Assembly (NCBI GenBank): GCA_965203485.1
Contig: OZ241892.1
Coordinates: forward strand, 2,112,001-2,176,000
From: Longimicrobiales bacterium
Lineage (GTDB): Bacteria; Gemmatimonadota; Gemmatimonadetes; Longimicrobiales; Gaopeijiaceae
Direction of reading: 5' to 3'
Length of the DNA: 64,000 bases
The position numbers and the translations under genes are program-made. Below are positions 60,613 to 64,000 of this stretch, piece after piece (position 1 is the first letter of the stretch; each line of letters starts with the position of its first letter). A model generated the notes under the pieces. The model searched no databases, was not told where the DNA came from, and saw only the letters and a program-made list of their open reading frames with translations.

Positions 60613-63600
60613 CTAGAACGCGTCGCCGAGGCGCACGTAGAAGCGCGATCCGCCGCCGAGAAGCGCCGCGGCCCAGCCGACGCGGACGGTCGTCTTGGTG
60701 GCGTAGAAGGGCAGAATCGACGCCGACAACTCGGCCCCGGCGCTGGTCAGGGGACGGTCGGCCGGGTTGTAGAAGCCGGGCTCGCCGAGGGTGGGCCCCC
60801 AGGCGTTGGCGGCGTCGAAGAAGACGGCGCCGTGAACGCGGTCGAAGAACAAGGGGAAGGGCCCGGCGCCCCGGTCGACCAGGAAGAGCGGGAAGCGGTA
60901 CTCGACGGTGGCCGCCCACGCGAAATTGCCGAAGCGGTTGCCCTCCGCGTAGCCCCTCGCCGGGAACAGCAGGCGGGACCCCGGCAACCGGTACCCGGCC
61001 AGGCTCCGCGAAGCGCCGGACGCGCCGCCCACGTCGAAGTGGTACTGGTCGGCGCCCGGTCCCGACGCGTAGCCGGCGGACGCCCGAACGCCCAGCACGT
61101 GGCGGGAGAAGCCCGGCAGGGCCATGGACTTGTAGGCTTCGATCCTGGCGAGCGCCTCGTTGTACGATCCGTCCCGGCCCGCCACGCCGGCCAACGACGG
61201 GTACAGGTCGCGGCGGATGCGGCCGGCGGCCGACGCCGTGATGCCGTCCTCGCGCGAGATCGAGAACGGGTGGCGCCGCGCGTTCGACGCCCACAGGCCG
61301 ACGCCGGCCTCCGCGTACGTGCGGCGGGGCCGCGCGAGCGAGACGCGCTCCGTCTGGTTGCCGTCCAGCTCGAGCAGCATGAAGTCGGAGCGAACGAAGC
61401 CCGCCCGCGCGGTCAGCGCCGCATTGCTTCGGACGCGCCGGCGCGCGAGGGAAGTCGTGAGCATCGCCCGGCGCTCGCGGGCCGCCAGCAGGAACTCGGC
61501 GGCCGAGCCGTCGAGCGCTTCGGCCGCAAGCGTGCGAGAGCGCGCGTCGTAGTCCTGCGACGCCGAAAGGCCCACGACGGGGTTGCCGAACCCTCCGTAC
61601 TCGTAGGCGAAGGCGCCCGTGAAGCGCCGGTCCAGCGAGAGTTCGCCCGTCGCCGTGAAGGAGTGGCGGCCGACCAGGTCGCGTCCCCCGGTCCGGAAGC
61701 CGATCGAAGTCCGAACGACGTCGTGCCGCCTGCCGGAGCGGTCCAGAGCCGTCAGGGCACGTCGCAACCGCGGCAACCAGTAGTGCGGCCGAAGCGTGCG
61801 GAGCGCACTGTAGGGCCGGCGCTCGAAGGGCGCCGACCGCGACTGGGATGCGCCGGGAGCGTTTGGGAGCAACCCGGCGGCCGCGGGACTGGCGGGACTC
61901 TGCTCGGCGGGGGAATCCGCGAACCGGGGGCTCGTCGGCTGCGGCTCGAACCAGTCGCCGGGCGAGAGGGGGATGCGACGGATGCTCCATCCGTCCGCGT
62001 GATACGACGAGTAGTAGAGCCAGCGGCCCGAGGGGTCCACGGAAGGATGGGCGGCGCCGCCCAGGACGTTCGTCGCTTGGCGGACTACGAGCCGGTCGTC
62101 GGCGGCGTCCGGCAGGAGCGCGACGAAGATGTTGGGGATGCCGGTGCGGTCGGACGACCAGACGACGCCGGAGCCGTCGGGGAGCCAGAACGGCGCGGTG
62201 TCCACCGCCCGGTCCTCGGTGACCTGGACGGCCAGGGCGCCGTCCGCCTCGAGCACCACCACGTCCATCATCCCCGGCGCCGTCCAGCGCGACGCCGCGA
62301 TGCGCCGTCCATCCGGCGACCAGCGCGGATATGCCCAGTGGCGTTCGGCGTCGGGCGCCACGAGCTCGGTCACGGCGCCGGCGCGCAAGTCCACCGTCAC
62401 CAAGCGGTTGGTGCCCTCCCCCTCCTGCACCGCCACGGCCGAGCGACCGTCCGGCGACACGTCGGCGTACGTGAGCCTCATGTCCCGCGTCAGCCGCTCC
62501 GCATGCCCGTCCATGCCCAAGCGGTACAGGTCGCTGTACACTCGGTGCGCCCCCGCGAACTCGATGTCCTGATGGACGAGGCCGCCGTCCGGGTGCCACG
62601 AGAGCGATCCGCCCAGCGCGTTCACCCGCCGAAGCACGCGAGCGTTGGAGCCGTCCGCGGACGCCACCACCACTCGGGGATCGGCCACGCCGTCGTCCGC
62701 CAAGTACGCCACGAAGGCGCCGTCGGGGGACACAACCGCTTGGCGCGCGTGGCGGCCCCCGTCTTCCACGACTTGGCCCTCGGTGACCGGCGCATGCCGG
62801 GCCACGCGTCGCGCCGCATCCCGCTGGCCTTCGGCGACCGCGGCGCGCCACTCGTCCCAGCTCCGCGACAGCGGCGTCCCGAACGCGTTCCGGCTGGCCG
62901 CGCCCAGGCGAAACGGAATCCACTGAGCCGCCACCGACCGGGCCATCTCGCTCAGCGCGGCCTCGCCGTGGCGCTCCGCCATGTGCTCCAGGTAGCGCGC
63001 GCCGTACACGTAGGGGCGGTTGCCGCCCGGCCACGCGGGGGAGTCGCCCGACGCCTGGTCCACCGGGCTCAGCGCGTCCTCCAGCACGGCCGCGCGAAGC
63101 ACCATCTCCTGCCAGGTCCCGTGAACGCGCCCGGCACCGGCAATTTCGGACTCGTAGTACGTCGCCAGCCCCTCGGTCACCCAAGTGGGCGCGGCGGCCG
63201 ACGGAAAGAAGGGCCAGCCGTACGGCGCTCGCCCGAACAGTCCGCGGAGCGTCTTGGCCAGCGGTCCGGCCATCTCGAAATGGAAGGCGTGCACCAGCTC
63301 GTGCGTGATCACCAGCTCGAGCCAGTCGTCAAAGTAGGAGATGCTGCCGCCGTCCATCGGGGGTCGGGCGAAGACGGTGATGCGGTTGTAGGGAGACGGC
63401 GAAGCGTAGCCGTTCGAGATGTCGGCGTGGTCGGCGAGCAGCAGTTGAATGCGGCCCGCGGGCGCCGAAGCGAAGCGGTCGGCAAGAAGCCCGTGTGCCC
63501 GTTCGGCGATCGCGGCGGCCTTGCCGGCAAGCGCGTCCATCGACGCGGGATAGGTGATGTCGAAGTGGTCCGTGCGCAACTGGCGCCAGTCCTCGTCCGG

Positions 63601-63789
63601 GGGCGGCGCCTGGGCCGGGGCGGGGGCGGCGAAGACGAAGGACAGGAACACCCCGGCCAAGAGCGCAAGGACCGCCGGCGGCGCCGATTGGCGGCGGGAC
63701 GGCCGTTCTCCTCGCGCGGCCTCCCGGGCACGGCGATGGAGATGGCGTGAGACGGGTCGTCCGCCATTGGCGGAACTCGCACGCGTCAA
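60613..63789 (-). CDS. Outer-membrane protein: HExxH peptidase-like domain, PD40 beta-propeller, Omp85-like barrel
   Basis: Signal ending APAPA-Q, ITHELVH and WVTEGLATYYE, YPRWSPDG / SPDG repeats, RGY and EYRFP barrel motifs, terminal Phe. Start uncertain (TTG 63789 or GTG 63882). Confidence 0.8.
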   Translation of the reverse strand: MTRASSANGGRPVSRHLHRRAREAARGERPSRRQSAPPAVLALLAGVFLSFVFAAPAPAQAPPPDEDWRQLRTDHFDITYPASMDALAGKAAAIAERAHGLLADRFASAPAGRIQLLLADHADISNGYASPSPYNRITVFARPPMDGGSISYFDDWLELVITHELVHAFHFEMAGPLAKTLRGLFGRAPYGWPFFPSAAAPTWVTEGLATYYESEIAGAGRVHGTWQEMVLRAAVLEDALSPVDQASGDSPAWPGGNRPYVYGARYLEHMAERHGEAALSEMARSVAAQWIPFRLGAASRNAFGTPLSRSWDEWRAAVAEGQRDAARRVARHAPVTEGQVVEDGGRHARQAVVSPDGAFVAYLADDGVADPRVVVASADGSNARVLRRVNALGGSLSWHPDGGLVHQDIEFAGAHRVYSDLYRLGMDGHAERLTRDMRLTYADVSPDGRSAVAVQEGEGTNRLVTVDLRAGAVTELVAPDAERHWAYPRWSPDGRRIAASRWTAPGMMDVVVLEADGALAVQVTEDRAVDTAPFWLPDGSGVVWSSDRTGIPNIFVALLPDAADDRLVVRQATNVLGGAAHPSVDPSGRWLYYSSYHADGWSIRRIPLSPGDWFEPQPTSPRFADSPAEQSPASPAAAGLLPNAPGASQSRSAPFERRPYSALRTLRPHYWLPRLRRALTALDRSGRRHDVVRTSIGFRTGGRDLVGRHSFTATGELSLDRRFTGAFAYEYGGFGNPVVGLSASQDYDARSRTLAAEALDGSAAEFLLAARERRAMLTTSLARRRVRSNAALTARAGFVRSDFMLLELDGNQTERVSLARPRRTYAEAGVGLWASNARRHPFSISREDGITASAAGRIRRDLYPSLAGVAGRDGSYNEALARIEAYKSMALPGFSRHVLGVRASAGYASGPGADQYHFDVGGASGASRSLAGYRLPGSRLLFPARGYAEGNRFGNFAWAATVEYRFPLFLVDRGAGPFPLFFDRVHGAVFFDAANAWGPTLGEPGFYNPADRPLTSAGAELSASILPFYATKTTVRVGWAAALLGGGSRFYVRLGDAF

Positions 63790-64000
63790 GGCGCGCCCCG
63801 GGCGTGGGCCACTACCGGAACCTCGTCGCTGCCCAGCGGGGTCCAATCGGTCGGCACGTCGGAGCTGGGCATGTCGGGACACGGGCCGATCGAGCCCGTG
63901 CCCTCGGAGTCCGCGCCGCCGGACTCGGTGATTTCCAGCAAGCCGACCACAAATTGCGGCTCGATCCGCAACGCCCGTTGAACACAGAAGCGATCCGGAT
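63786..64000 (-). CDS. Possible 3' end of an upstream gene (partial)
   Basis: Frame is open from the window edge to TGA 63786, which overlaps the putative TTG of the next gene; no recognisable motif. Confidence 0.3.
   Translation of the reverse strand, partial: PDRFCVQRALRIEPQFVVGLLEITESGGADSEGTGSIGPCPDMPSSDVPTDWTPLGSDEVPVVAHARGAP

Overview
GC-rich bacterial chromosome segment; frequent ATGA/GTGA gene overlaps and the gene content suggest, weakly and by inference only, a Gemmatimonadota-like organism. 1-15 kb, minus strand: tolQ-tolR-tolA/tonB-tolB, an NAD-dependent epimerase, tsaE/tsaB, uvrB, a long RelA/SpoT homologue and a LysW-dependent amino-acid operon (lysW-lysX-lysY-[Ntn hydrolase]-lysZ-lysJ) that lacks lysK. 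15-18.4 kb: an Stf3-like sulfotransferase and a GPP34-cytochrome P450 fusion. 18.4-42.7 kb: a type 1-order BREX locus (brxA-like, brxB, brxC, pglX, pglZ, brxL) carrying nine cargo genes (PIN pair, two ATPase+nuclease-like pairs, an orphan, two Schlafen/AlbA_2 proteins), a partly triplicated brxC 3' end, an internally deleted ISL3 remnant and a ~51-bp hairpin array before pglZ. 42.7-64 kb: three stand-alone P-loop ATPases, rocD, a nitrilase, two paralogous lipoproteins, an M20 amidohydrolase, a Type ISP-like restriction-modification enzyme with an in-frame G25 tract, class II ribonucleotide reductase and a peptidase/beta-propeller/Omp85-like protein. Best leads: the Ntn hydrolase as a possible LysK replacement, the G25 phase-variation switch, the brxC-end cassette stacking, the hairpin array, and the GPP34-P450/sulfotransferase pair. 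All family assignments come from motif recognition by eye; no searches were run.
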